From: Isoptericola halotolerans
GTDB taxonomy: Bacteria; Actinomycetota; Actinomycetes; Actinomycetales; Cellulomonadaceae
NCBI RefSeq assembly: GCF_013149785.1
Contig: NZ_JABEZU010000001.1
Span: 1 to 64,000 of the forward strand
Direction of reading: 5' to 3'
Length of the DNA stretch: 64,000 nucleotides
A model generated the notes under the pieces. The model ran no database searches. It worked only from the letters and a program-made list of their open reading frames with translations, and was not told the origin of the DNA. Shown here in pieces: positions 18,571-28,054 of this stretch. The position numbers were made by a program, and so were the translations under genes. The stretch's first letter is position 1. The number at the start of each line of letters is the position of its first letter.

Positions 18571-19908
18571 ATGCATCGCCACACTCTCGCCCGTTCGGGC
18601 GCCGCCGTCGTCGCCGGCGCCGTCCTGCTCGCCGGTTGCTCCGGCTCGTCCGACGACGGCGCCACCGAGGGCGCCGACGCCCCGGCGTGTGCGCCGTCCG
18701 AGGGGCCCGTGGAGCTGACGTACACCGGCTGGGTCCCCGGGATGGAGGACGCCGTCGCCCTGTGGAACGAGGCCAACCCCGACATCCAGGTCACCTACAA
18801 CACGGGTCCGTCCGGCAACGCCGGGACCTACCAGGACTTCTTCAACCAGCTCGAGGCCGGGCAGGCGCCGGACCTGGGCCAGATCGAGTTCGACACGCTG
18901 CCGAACTTCCGGGTGCAGGATGGTCTGGTGAACATCGCCGACTGCGAGGGCGTGCTCGAGGCCGGGGACCAGTTCGTCGACTGGACCTGGCAGCAGGTGA
19001 CGTTCGGCGAGGAGGGTTCCGTCTTCGCGATCCCGCAGGACACCGGCCCGATGGCGATGTTCTACCGGGCGGACCTCTTCGAGGAGGCCGGCATCGACGT
19101 GCCCACCACCTGGGACGAGTACGCCGACGCCGCGGCCGCCATCCGCGACGAGGGCGCCTACATCACGCACTTCCCGCGCACGGACGTCAACTGGTTCGCC
19201 GGGCTCGTGTGGCAGGCGGAGGGTCGGTGGTTCGAGAACGACGGCGAGCAGTGGACGGTGGACCTCACCGGTCCGCAGTCGACCGAGGTGGCCGACTACT
19301 GGCAGGGCCTGATCGACGAGGGCCTGGTCAAGGACACCGCCGGGTTCTCCGACGAGTGGAACAACGAGCTCAACACCGGTGAGCTGTGGACCTGGGTCAG
19401 CGCCGTGTGGGGCAGCAACTCCATCTCCTCGGGCGCCCCGGACACCGCGGGTGACTGGGCCGTCGCGCCGATGCCGCAGTGGGAGCCGGGTGCCGACGCG
19501 GCCGGCAACTGGGGCGGTTCGAGCGTCGCCGTGCTGAAGGGCACCGATCACCCGTACGAGGCGGCGCAGTTCGCCCTCTGGCTCAACACCTCCGAGGAGT
19601 CGCTGACGGCGCTCAACGAGGGTGGCGGCCTGTACCCCGCGACCACCGCGGGCCTGGAGCTCCCCGCGCTGAAGGAAGGACTGGAGTTCTACGGCGACCA
19701 GCCGATCTTCGACGTCTTCGCCGAGGCCGCTGCCGCGACGGACCCCAGCTTCACCTGGGGCCCGACGATGGCGCAGACCTACAACGACGTCGCGGACGGG
19801 TTCGGCGCGGCGCTGAGCGGTTCGGGCACCCTGCTCGAGGCCCTGCAGGCCGGTCAGGACGCCACGATCCGCACCCTGGAGTCGCAGTCCATCCCGGTGG
19901 CCGAGTGA
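18571..19908 (+). CDS. Carbohydrate ABC transporter substrate-binding lipoprotein
   Basis: AAGGAGG RBS, lipobox LAGC, MFYRADLFEEAG, PTTWDEY. Confidence 0.92.
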   Translation: MHRHTLARSGAAVVAGAVLLAGCSGSSDDGATEGADAPACAPSEGPVELTYTGWVPGMEDAVALWNEANPDIQVTYNTGPSGNAGTYQDFFNQLEAGQAPDLGQIEFDTLPNFRVQDGLVNIADCEGVLEAGDQFVDWTWQQVTFGEEGSVFAIPQDTGPMAMFYRADLFEEAGIDVPTTWDEYADAAAAIRDEGAYITHFPRTDVNWFAGLVWQAEGRWFENDGEQWTVDLTGPQSTEVADYWQGLIDEGLVKDTAGFSDEWNNELNTGELWTWVSAVWGSNSISSGAPDTAGDWAVAPMPQWEPGADAAGNWGGSSVAVLKGTDHPYEAAQFALWLNTSEESLTALNEGGGLYPATTAGLELPALKEGLEFYGDQPIFDVFAEAAAATDPSFTWGPTMAQTYNDVADGFGAALSGSGTLLEALQAGQDATIRTLESQSIPVAE

Positions 19909-22028
19909 CGTCGTCGTCGGTGAACCACCTCCGTGCCGCGGGCTCGAGCCTCGTGCTCGACGCCCGCGGCACGGGCGTGCCCGTGATCGTCCACTGGGGT
20001 GCCGACCTGGGGGCGCTCGGTCCGGCCGCGCTCGGGGCGCTCGCGGACAGCCAGGTCCCTGCCGTCACGGCCAGCTCCCCGGACGTGCCGGTGCGCGCCA
20101 CGGTGCTGCCCCTCGCGGCGGACGGTTGGTCCGGTCGCTCCGGCCTCGCCGGCTGGCGCCCCACCCGGCCCGACGACGGCGCGGCGCGCCGCCCGGCGCC
20201 CCGACCGGTCCGCACGACGGCGGACGGCGACTCCCTGCAGGTCCTGCTGGTCGACCCGGCCGCCGGCCTGGAGGTCGTCGTGCGCCTGACGCTGCACGCG
20301 CAGGGCGTCCTCGAGAGCCGCACGGACGTCGCCAACACCGGCACCACGCCCTACGCCCTGGACCGCGTGACGTCCACGCTGCCGGTGCCCGCCCGCGCGA
20401 CCGAGCTGCTCGACCTGTCGGGACGCTGGGCGGGGGAGCGGCGACCGCAGCGCGCGCCCCTGCGCGACGGGCTGTGGGAGCGCGAGACCCGGCACGGGCG
20501 ACCCGGGCACGACGCCCCCTTCGCCACCGTGGTCGGCACCCCAGGTTTCGCGTTCCGTACCGGGGAGGTCTGGGCCGTCCACCACGCCTGGAGCGGCGAC
20601 ACCTCCGTGCGGGTCGAGCGACTGGCCTCCGGGCACGTCGTCGTCGGCGCGGGAGAGCTGTGGGGGTCGGGTGACGTCGTCCTCGCCCCCGGCGAGACCT
20701 ACTCCTCGCCGCGCACTCTCGCCGGCTGGTCCGACGACGGCCTCGACGGCCTCTCTGAGCGCTTCCACGCCTGGGTGCGCGACCGTCCCGGGCGTGCCGC
20801 GCGCCCGCGCCCCGTCACGCTCAACACCTGGGAGGCGGTCTACTTCGAGCACGACCTGGACCGGCTGCGGGCGCTCGCCGACGCCGCCGCCCGCGTCGGC
20901 GTCGAGCGGTTCGTGCTCGACGACGGCTGGTTCCGCGGGCGGCGCGACGACCGCCGCGGGCTGGGCGACTGGACCGTGGACGACGGCGTCTGGCCCGACG
21001 GCCTGCACCCGCTCGTGCAGCACGTGACCGGCCTGGGCATGGAGTTCGGCCTGTGGGTGGAGCCGGAGATGGTCAACGCGGACTCCGACGTCGCGCGCCG
21101 CCACCCGGACTGGGTGCTGCGGGCGACCCCGGGCCGCGACCCGCTGCCGTGGCGCCACCAGCAGGTCCTGGACCTCGCGAACCCGGACGCGTACGCCCAC
21201 GTGCGCGACGCCGTCGTCGCCCTGCTGGAGGAGTACCCGATCGGCTACCTCAAGTGGGACCAGAACCGCGACGTGCTCGACGCGCCGTCCCGCCCGCAGG
21301 TCCTCGCCACCCGGCGGCTCATGGACGAGCTGCGGGCCCGGTTCCCCGGGCTGGAGATCGAGTCGTGCTCCTCCGGCGGGGGCAAGGTCGACCTCGACGT
21401 CCTCGACCGGACGGACCGGGTGTGGGCCTCGGACACCAACGACGCCCTGGAACGGCAGGCCGTGCAGCGCTGGACGGGGCTGCTCGTGCCGCCCGAGCTG
21501 GTCGGCTCCCACGTCGGCGACGCGCGATCGCACACCACGGGTCGCACCCACGACCTGTCGCTGCGGCTCGTCACCGCGGTGTTCGGGCACAGCGGCATCG
21601 AGGCGGACCTCACTCGCATGACGGGCGGCGACCTCGAGGCCGTCACCCGGTGGGTGCGGTTCGTCCAGGAGGTCCGCCCGCTCGTCGCCACCGGCACCAC
21701 CGTGCGCGCCGACACCGACGACGACTGCTGGGTCCACGGGCTCGTCGCCCCCGACGCCCGCGAGGCGATCTTCGCCGTCGTCACCCGGGCTGCCTCCGCC
21801 GCCGCGGTCCCGGCCCCCTTGCTGTTGCCGGGCCTCGACCCGGGGACCACCTACCGGGTGGAACGCGTCGACCTGGCCGGGGCTCCGCTCGTGGTCGGCG
21901 ACGCCCCGCCGTCCTGGTGGGAGGCGGGGTCCGTCGAGCTGCCCGGCGCGGTGCTCGCCGAGGTGGGGCTGCCGCTGCCGCCGCTCGCCCCCGAGCAGGG
22001 GGTGCTGCTGCGGGCCACGCGGGTGTGA
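19905..22028 (+). CDS. Alpha-galactosidase, GH36
   Basis: LNTWEAVYF, FVLDDGWF, FGLWVEPEMVN, YLKWDQNR, ESCSSGGG, WASDTND. Confidence 0.95.
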   Translation: MTSSSVNHLRAAGSSLVLDARGTGVPVIVHWGADLGALGPAALGALADSQVPAVTASSPDVPVRATVLPLAADGWSGRSGLAGWRPTRPDDGAARRPAPRPVRTTADGDSLQVLLVDPAAGLEVVVRLTLHAQGVLESRTDVANTGTTPYALDRVTSTLPVPARATELLDLSGRWAGERRPQRAPLRDGLWERETRHGRPGHDAPFATVVGTPGFAFRTGEVWAVHHAWSGDTSVRVERLASGHVVVGAGELWGSGDVVLAPGETYSSPRTLAGWSDDGLDGLSERFHAWVRDRPGRAARPRPVTLNTWEAVYFEHDLDRLRALADAAARVGVERFVLDDGWFRGRRDDRRGLGDWTVDDGVWPDGLHPLVQHVTGLGMEFGLWVEPEMVNADSDVARRHPDWVLRATPGRDPLPWRHQQVLDLANPDAYAHVRDAVVALLEEYPIGYLKWDQNRDVLDAPSRPQVLATRRLMDELRARFPGLEIESCSSGGGKVDLDVLDRTDRVWASDTNDALERQAVQRWTGLLVPPELVGSHVGDARSHTTGRTHDLSLRLVTAVFGHSGIEADLTRMTGGDLEAVTRWVRFVQEVRPLVATGTTVRADTDDDCWVHGLVAPDAREAIFAVVTRAASAAAVPAPLLLPGLDPGTTYRVERVDLAGAPLVVGDAPPSWWEAGSVELPGAVLAEVGLPLPPLAPEQGVLLRATRV

Positions 22029-22031
22029 AGG

Positions 22032-22493
22032 TCAGGGAGTGGACAAGGGCATGTCGACGACGTCCATGTCCAGCGTCACCGCAGCGTTGGACAGCCGCTT
22101 GTCCAGCGTCAGCACGGCGGCTCGCGTGTGGTGGGCCAGGGCCAGGACGCACGCGTCCGGCATCTTGACGTGCTCGGCGTACCTCGCCAGGGACAACACT
22201 TCCTCGTGGCGATCCTCGACAGGCCTGGCGACGATGCCGACCTGCGGGCTCTCGACCAGCTCCAGCACCCGTTGCCGAGATGCGGCGGTGTACCCGCGCA
22301 GCACCTCGGCCATGTTCAGCGGATGCACGTACGCGATCACCGGACGCTGCGTGTGCGTCGTGGGGTCGATCGAGGTCACCGGGATGACGTGGTCCAGAGC
22401 CTGCTGCACCGCCTCGTGGTGGACGTGCGTGGGGTCCAGGAGGGCGATCAGGATGTTGGCGTCCGCGACGACCGGGCCGGGGATCGCCGTCAC
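22032..22493 (-). CDS. vapC: PIN-domain toxin (VapC family)
   Basis: Acidic tetrad in VADANIL, NMAEVL, MPDACVL, LTLDKRL; GTG start overlaps the antitoxin stop. Confidence 0.8.
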   Translation of the reverse strand: MTAIPGPVVADANILIALLDPTHVHHEAVQQALDHVIPVTSIDPTTHTQRPVIAYVHPLNMAEVLRGYTAASRQRVLELVESPQVGIVARPVEDRHEEVLSLARYAEHVKMPDACVLALAHHTRAAVLTLDKRLSNAAVTLDMDVVDMPLSTP

Positions 22494-22759
22494 TCGGCCC
22501 AGTCCTGTTCCCGCACGGCGTCCAGGTAGCCCGGCCCCTGCGGCCACGGGTGCTCCTGGTGAAGCTCGGACAGCGCGCGGCGGCGCAGCTCCGCGCGAAT
22601 CCTTGGGTTCTCCAGCAGTCGGTGCTGCCCCTCCACGACCAGGCGTGTCAGGAGCTTGGACGGGGACGTCTCGTTCGGCCAGGCGGCGCGCGCGATCTCC
22701 AGTGCCTCGTGCACCGTCTCGGTCTCCGTCACCTGGTGGCGAGGGTGGGTCGTGGGCAT
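22490..22759 (-). CDS. Cognate antitoxin (VapB-like)
   Basis: 89 aa, MPTTHPRHQVTET start and YLDAVREQDW end; translationally coupled to the PIN gene. Inverted repeat TGCACC-N11-GGTGCA (22771-22793) lies upstream. Confidence 0.7.
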   Translation of the reverse strand: MPTTHPRHQVTETETVHEALEIARAAWPNETSPSKLLTRLVVEGQHRLLENPRIRAELRRRALSELHQEHPWPQGPGYLDAVREQDWAE

Positions 22760-22854
22760 GCTCCTAGTGTTGCACCGTCGTCAAGAAGGTGCATCACCAC
22801 GGTCCAGCGGCGAGGTCAGCACGACTGGTGCCAGGTCAGGGCCCCGCTGTGCCG

Positions 22855-23165
22855 TCAGCTGACCAGCCCGGACTCGTACGCGGCGATGACGAGCTGCACC
22901 CGGCCACGGCACGACAGCTTGCGCAGCACCTCGGACACGTGCGACTTGACCGTCTGCTCGCCGATGAACAGCGCCTCGGCGATCTCGGCGTTGGACAGCC
23001 CGCGGGCGACGGCGCGCAGGACGTCGGTCTCGCGCGGCGTCAGCGCAGCGAGCGCCGGGGAGCTCGGTGCCGCGGGCCGGCGCCGGTGACTTCCTTGAGC
23101 AGGAACCCGCTCGCACCGGCGTGCAGCGCGTCGTAGACGTACCCGTCGAGGTCGAACGTTGTGAC
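22855..23165 (-). pseudogene. Decayed NarL/LuxR-type response regulator
   Basis: HTH part [43 protein letters not shown]...AAYESGLVS*. Receiver fragment [23 protein letters not shown] is in another frame. N-terminus and linker are missing. Confidence 0.8.
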
Positions 23166-23542
23166 CGCTACACCCTCAGCTGCGTTGAGCCCTTGGACCT
23201 CACCGAGACGCCGCGCTCCGAGCCTGACGCGCCATCCCCGGCCGCGACCGTCGAGGAACGCACCCACCGTTCCAGTTCTGCTTGGGCACCATCACGCAGA
23301 ATCAGTGCTGGAGCAGGTTGATTCGTCATGCCCCTTGATCTCGGACATCAATCAGAAGTTATCCATCACACGCGCCACCCGTTGCCGTCGAGGGAGTTCT
23401 CGACGTGTCTTCCGGACACCCCCTCGACGGCAGAGCATCCTCCTTCGAGGCCGGAGTAGCAGATTCGGCAATCGGCGTTGAACCGGTAGCCAAGCTGTCG
23501 ACCGAAGTCCAGCTGCCGAATCGATCGAAGTGCTCAGCGACG

Positions 23543-24091
23543 TCAGGTCGAGCGATGCTGTTCGCGTCGAAAACGTGCTCCGACCGATTCGATCCGTTCG
23601 AGAACCGGGGTCTCGTCGCTGCCGATTCGCAGGGCGACCCAAGAAAAGTAGCGCTTGGCTTCGTGGAGGACTCCTGGGATGAACTCTTCGGGATCGACGG
23701 TCACCGATTTTTCGTGCACGCGAAAGACCGCCGATCGCCCGTGAGACTTTAGTTCGATGCCGACGGGCTGGTCGGGGAACAGGTCGCTCCCTGTTCCGGT
23801 GGCCAAGAAATCGTCAATGATCTCAACCAGCGAGTGCCAGATGCCGTACACCTCGTCCCAGAGCTCCGGCGCCATCAGTTCTTGGCCGTGATACCTCAGG
23901 TCGAGGAAACCTTCACTGCCGTATGGATTGTCCCTGAGTCTTTCGTGCCACAAGGAAACGGCGCGTTCGGGCTCGGCATCGATACTGACGAGATAGCGCT
24001 CGTGGTGCGCTGAGAAGTCCTCGAGGTCGGTGACGGTATGCGGAACCAGAATGAATGATTCGGCTGTGACGGCACGTGGCGTGTTTCCCAT
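23543..24091 (-). CDS. Acidic cytoplasmic protein; candidate immunity protein
   Basis: ATG 11 nt after the stop of the candidate toxin, with GAGGG RBS; lower GC; GFLDLRYHGQEL..WDEV...FPDQP pattern resembles proteins found after polymorphic toxins. Confidence 0.6.
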   Translation of the reverse strand: MGNTPRAVTAESFILVPHTVTDLEDFSAHHERYLVSIDAEPERAVSLWHERLRDNPYGSEGFLDLRYHGQELMAPELWDEVYGIWHSLVEIIDDFLATGTGSDLFPDQPVGIELKSHGRSAVFRVHEKSVTVDPEEFIPGVLHEAKRYFSWVALRIGSDETPVLERIESVGARFRREQHRST

Positions 24092-24102
24092 GCTATCCCT
24101 CT

Positions 24103-25239
24103 TCAACGCGGGTAGAATTGGACGACTCGGCCCTTGTCAATTACCATCTTGTACTTGACGCCGTCGTAGGTTCCGCTGAGCGAAATGCGCTGATTTGTTC
24201 CGCGGCTCTTGAGCGTGGCCGGCCACTGCTTCATCGCGCCGTGCACGAGACTTCGAACCTGAGTGACCGACATGTTCGGGTTGAAGAACGTCTGCGTGGC
24301 CTTCGATCCCCCGGTCCAGTACTTCGGGTGGTGGCGTGTGAGAATATGCTTCATTCCGCTCTTGTCGAGCTTGAACGTGTGCGCACCAGTCTTGAAGGAG
24401 AGCGTCTTGTAGGACGAAAGTGCATTGGCGGCCCTTGAGGCGGGGGCCTTAGCGTACTTGACAGTCTTGGAACCCACCTTGATGGTCACGCTGGCGACGC
24501 GGAGAGCGACGACGATGGCGGGGATCCAGAACGGATCGGCAACCACGGGGTAGGCTGTGTCGACACCATGATCGACAACCTGGACCAACGACCCCCCGTC
24601 CAGTTCGTACCAGGTATCAATAGGCGTCCCGCTCGCGTCGATCGCCCACGGGGTCTCGAAGCGCCCGACCAGAACCTGTGCAGGTTCATCAGCGAAGACC
24701 TCGAACACGTCAACGCCACCGTCATCCGCTATCTCGGCGTGCGTACCCTCGCTGAAGGTGATGTCGTATGCAATTTCGCGCGGCGCTGCCGGGCCCCGGA
24801 TAATGGTCTCGGCGCGGAATGAGCCGTCCTCGAATGCCGCCAGCGCATGGTCAATGTCGTCACCTTCGTAGAGGATAGTGCCGTCCTCGAGGATGCCGCT
24901 CATTTGGTCCAGAGAATGGTCCACGGCTTCAAGCGTCACTACGTCGCCGCTGACGACCGCCGTCTCATCGAGAACGTGAGCGCTACCCACGCCTGTCGCT
25001 ACTTTCGTGCCAGCTTGAGCTGGCGCTGTACCGGTTGACCGGAACTGACTATCGTTAAATTCTTTAATCGCCTGTCGTGCTCGGTCGAGAACAACCTCGG
25101 CTTCGTCGGCTGATCGCTCAGTAGCGGTCGTCGAGGCAGAGGCCGTGCCGCCGATGCTCACGATGAGAGCTGTGATCACAGTGGCCGCGATCGCGGACAC
25201 CGGCCGATGCAGACTTCGTGCCGATGAGGTCGGATTCAT
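24103..25239 (-). CDS. Secreted protein: signal peptide, acidic PWAxDAxG...YPVVADP domain, basic C-terminal candidate nuclease toxin domain
   Basis: Start MNPTSS with GGGAG RBS and ASA cleavage site. The C-terminal 142 aa are Lys-rich, with HILTRHHP and terminal VVQFYP. Confidence 0.7.
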   Translation of the reverse strand: MNPTSSARSLHRPVSAIAATVITALIVSIGGTASASTTATERSADEAEVVLDRARQAIKEFNDSQFRSTGTAPAQAGTKVATGVGSAHVLDETAVVSGDVVTLEAVDHSLDQMSGILEDGTILYEGDDIDHALAAFEDGSFRAETIIRGPAAPREIAYDITFSEGTHAEIADDGGVDVFEVFADEPAQVLVGRFETPWAIDASGTPIDTWYELDGGSLVQVVDHGVDTAYPVVADPFWIPAIVVALRVASVTIKVGSKTVKYAKAPASRAANALSSYKTLSFKTGAHTFKLDKSGMKHILTRHHPKYWTGGSKATQTFFNPNMSVTQVRSLVHGAMKQWPATLKSRGTNQRISLSGTYDGVKYKMVIDKGRVVQFYPR

Positions 25240-25539
25240 ACAGAGCTCCCTGTGTAGTTGACCACTGCGGGGGCCGTAGTGATCAGCCTGATCTTGATGT
25301 CTCGTCGCGACCTCCGCGGGATGCCACGCCGACCGACGTCCGAAGTCTGCTGTCGCGTGTCCGAGTTCGTGGGAAACCGGGTCATCACACACGGGATGCT
25401 GGGTTGGCAGCCGGACGGTCGGCCCGCCACGGCGTCGAACGCCGTCTCGCTCGACCACCCACGACGACGAGCTCACGTCACCGCCACGACGTCGTCATGC
25501 TCAGCCTGCATCACCTGGACCCACCTGGAGGAGTCAGGC

Positions 25540-25740
25540 CCTTGGTGTGCCGGGCTGCCTCGATCACCTCGAGGATCGCGGTCCAGTTGTCCCCTGCTGT
25601 GACCGGCGGAGATCGCCCGCTCGTCGGGGGGATCGCGCGGGGGAGCACGGTGTCGACACCCATTTCCTCGCTCGCCCCGAGGAGGTGCGCGGTGGTCGCG
25701 CGCATCGTCGTGGCCGTGCTGAGGACGGGGCCAGGCCGCG
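25540..25740 (-). pseudogene. C-terminal remnant of an imine-reductase/6PGD-like NAD(P) oxidoreductase
   Basis: PGPVLSTATTMRATTAHLLGASEEMGVDTVLPRAI...GDNWTAILEVI resembles IRED C-termini; no N-terminal part present. Confidence 0.45.
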
Positions 25741-25925
25741 CTCGTCGAGCGCGGGACCGGGTCGTGGTGCGTCATGACGGTGATCATGTCGGTCCGCCAC
25801 CGCCGCCCACCACCCCCACGGGAGGGAGCCGTCCTCCCTCCCGCGGTCTCCTCGTGCGAGCCCACGGGCTCCTGGGCACGATGACGGCGCGCCGGACCTG
25901 GCGCACCGGAACGAGGGGAGCACCT

Positions 25926-26726
25926 GTGGACCTGGGTATCGAAGGCCGCGTCGCGGTCGTCACCGGGGCGGACTCGGGCATCGGCCTGGCGTCCGCGCTC
26001 GAGCTGTTGCGCGAGGGCGCGCGCGTCGTCCTCACCGACACCGACGAGGCGGCGGTCCGCGCGGCGGCCGAGTCGCTGGGCGCACCGGCCGGGAGCTGGG
26101 CCGCCGTCGGCGCGGACCTCACGCGGCCCGACGACGTCGCCCACCTGGTGCGTGCCACCGAGGAGGCGTTCGGTCCGGCGGGCATCCTCGTGCACGCGGC
26201 CGGGATCCACGGGGCGCAGGGCCTGTTCCACGAGATCGACGACGACGGCTGGCTCGAGACGCTGCAGGTGGACCTGCTCGCCGCGGTGCGCACGGTGCGC
26301 GCCCTGCTGCCGGGGATGCGGGCCGCCGGGTGGGGCCGCATCGTGCTGATCTCCTCGGAGAACGGCCTGCAGCCCTACGTCGACGAGCTGCCGTACAACG
26401 CGTCGAAGGCCGCGCTGCTCAACCTGACCAAGGGCCTGTCGAAGACGTACGGCAGCGAGGGTGTCCTGGTGAACGCCGTCTCGCCCGCCTTCGTCGAGAC
26501 GCCCATGACCGACGAGATGATGGACGCCCGCGCCGCGGAGCTCGGCGTCGACCGTGACGAGGCGGTCCGCAGCTTCCTCGCCGAGGAGCGGCCGTTCATC
26601 GAGACGGACCGCCGTGGCAGGCCCGAGGAGGTCGCCGCGGTGGTCGCCCTGCTCTGCTCCGCCCGCGCGAGCTACGTCATCGGCTCGAACTACCGGGTCG
26701 ACGGCGGCTCGGTCGCCACGATCTGA
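25926..26726 (+). CDS. Short-chain dehydrogenase/reductase
   Basis: GAGGGGAG RBS; VTGADSGIG, YNASK catalytic motif, VNAVSP, YRVDGG. Confidence 0.93.
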   Translation: MDLGIEGRVAVVTGADSGIGLASALELLREGARVVLTDTDEAAVRAAAESLGAPAGSWAAVGADLTRPDDVAHLVRATEEAFGPAGILVHAAGIHGAQGLFHEIDDDGWLETLQVDLLAAVRTVRALLPGMRAAGWGRIVLISSENGLQPYVDELPYNASKAALLNLTKGLSKTYGSEGVLVNAVSPAFVETPMTDEMMDARAAELGVDRDEAVRSFLAEERPFIETDRRGRPEEVAAVVALLCSARASYVIGSNYRVDGGSVATI

Positions 26727-26736
26727 GGAGGCCTCC

Positions 26737-28011
26737 ATGGTGAACGACCACTACGACTACCTGCTGCTCGGCGCCGGGATGGCGTCCGACGCCGCCGCGC
26801 GCGGCATCCGCGAGGTCGACCCCACCGGCAGCATCGGGATCGTCGGCCGCGAGCAGACCGAGCCCGTGACACGCCCGGCGCTGTCCAAGAAGCTGTGGAC
26901 GGACCCGGACTTCACGTTCGACCAGGTGTGGACGGGGACGGCCGAGGACACCGGGGCGGACCTGCTGCTCGGCGAGACCGTCGTCGCGCTCGACACGGAC
27001 CGCCGCACGGTGAGCACGGCGTCGGGCCGGGAGATCGGCTACGGCAAAGCCCTGGTGGCCACCAGCGGCACACCCGGCTCGGCCGACGTCGACGACTCGC
27101 ACGGCACGGGCCGCGTCATCCCGTTCCGCAGCGTGCGCGACTACGAGCGGCTGCGCGGGCTCACCTCGCACGGCAGTCCGCACGTCGTGGTGGTGGGCGG
27201 CAGCTACATCGCCACCGAGCTGGCGGCCGGGCTCACCGAGACCGACGCGCAGGTGACCCTCGTGTTCACGCAGGACACTCTCCTGGACCAGATGCTGCCC
27301 GCCGACCTCGCCGGGCGTGTGGAGCTGCCGTTCCGCACCCACGGGGTGGAGCTCGTGCGCGGTACCGGGGCGACGGGAGGCGAGGTGCGGGGTCCCGACG
27401 GGCCGGTCCACCTGGCGCTCTCGTCGGGCGAGCAGGTCGAGGCCGACGTCGTCGTGCTGGGGCTGGGGATCTCGCTCGAGACCGGGTTCGCCGCCGAGGC
27501 CGGGCTGGAGACGGTCGACGACGGCGGCATCGTCGTGGACGAGCACCTGCGGTCGAGCGACCCCGCGGTATGGGCCGCCGGGGACGTGGCGCACTACCCG
27601 GACCGGGTGCTCGGTGCGCGGCGGGTCGAGCACGTGGACCACGCGACGTCGTCGGGCCGGGCGGCCGGGCGGGACATGGCAGGCGCCGACGAGCCGTACG
27701 CGCACACGCCCTTCTACTACTCGGTGCTGTTCGGCGTGCGCTACGAGGCGGTGGGCACTCTCGACGCCTCCCTCGAGATCGTCGAGGACCGCCAGGGCCC
27801 CGCCGACGACCCGCTCGCGCAGGTCGTGGCCTACTACGTCGAACCGGCCGACGACGGCACGGACGCGGTCCGGGTGCACGGCGTGCTGCTCTGGGGCGTC
27901 GACGAGGGCACCGAGGCGCCGGACGCGGCCCGCGAGGTGCTGGCGGCCGGTCCGACGGACCCGGCGTCGCTGCGCGGTCGGATCGTGCTGGGCGAGCTCG
28001 GCGAGGCCTGA
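26737..28011 (+). CDS. FAD/NAD(P)-dependent oxidoreductase (ferredoxin reductase/AIF-like)
   Basis: GAGMAS, RPALSK, GGSYIATE, VWAAGDVA, RRVEHVDHA; GAGGAGG RBS. Confidence 0.9.
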   Translation: MVNDHYDYLLLGAGMASDAAARGIREVDPTGSIGIVGREQTEPVTRPALSKKLWTDPDFTFDQVWTGTAEDTGADLLLGETVVALDTDRRTVSTASGREIGYGKALVATSGTPGSADVDDSHGTGRVIPFRSVRDYERLRGLTSHGSPHVVVVGGSYIATELAAGLTETDAQVTLVFTQDTLLDQMLPADLAGRVELPFRTHGVELVRGTGATGGEVRGPDGPVHLALSSGEQVEADVVVLGLGISLETGFAAEAGLETVDDGGIVVDEHLRSSDPAVWAAGDVAHYPDRVLGARRVEHVDHATSSGRAAGRDMAGADEPYAHTPFYYSVLFGVRYEAVGTLDASLEIVEDRQGPADDPLAQVVAYYVEPADDGTDAVRVHGVLLWGVDEGTEAPDAAREVLAAGPTDPASLRGRIVLGELGEA

Positions 28012-28054
28012 CAGCGCGTCGGCCGACCGGTCGCGTCCGTCCTACGCTCGTGCC

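Noticed and set aside
23352..23752. Short ORFs 23352-23642 and 23405-23752 as extra immunity genes
   Set aside because: They overlap the 23543-24091 gene and have no RBS or recognisable motifs.
22800..25800. Prophage or integrative element
   Set aside because: No integrase, transposase, att-like direct repeats, tRNA or phage genes were recognised.
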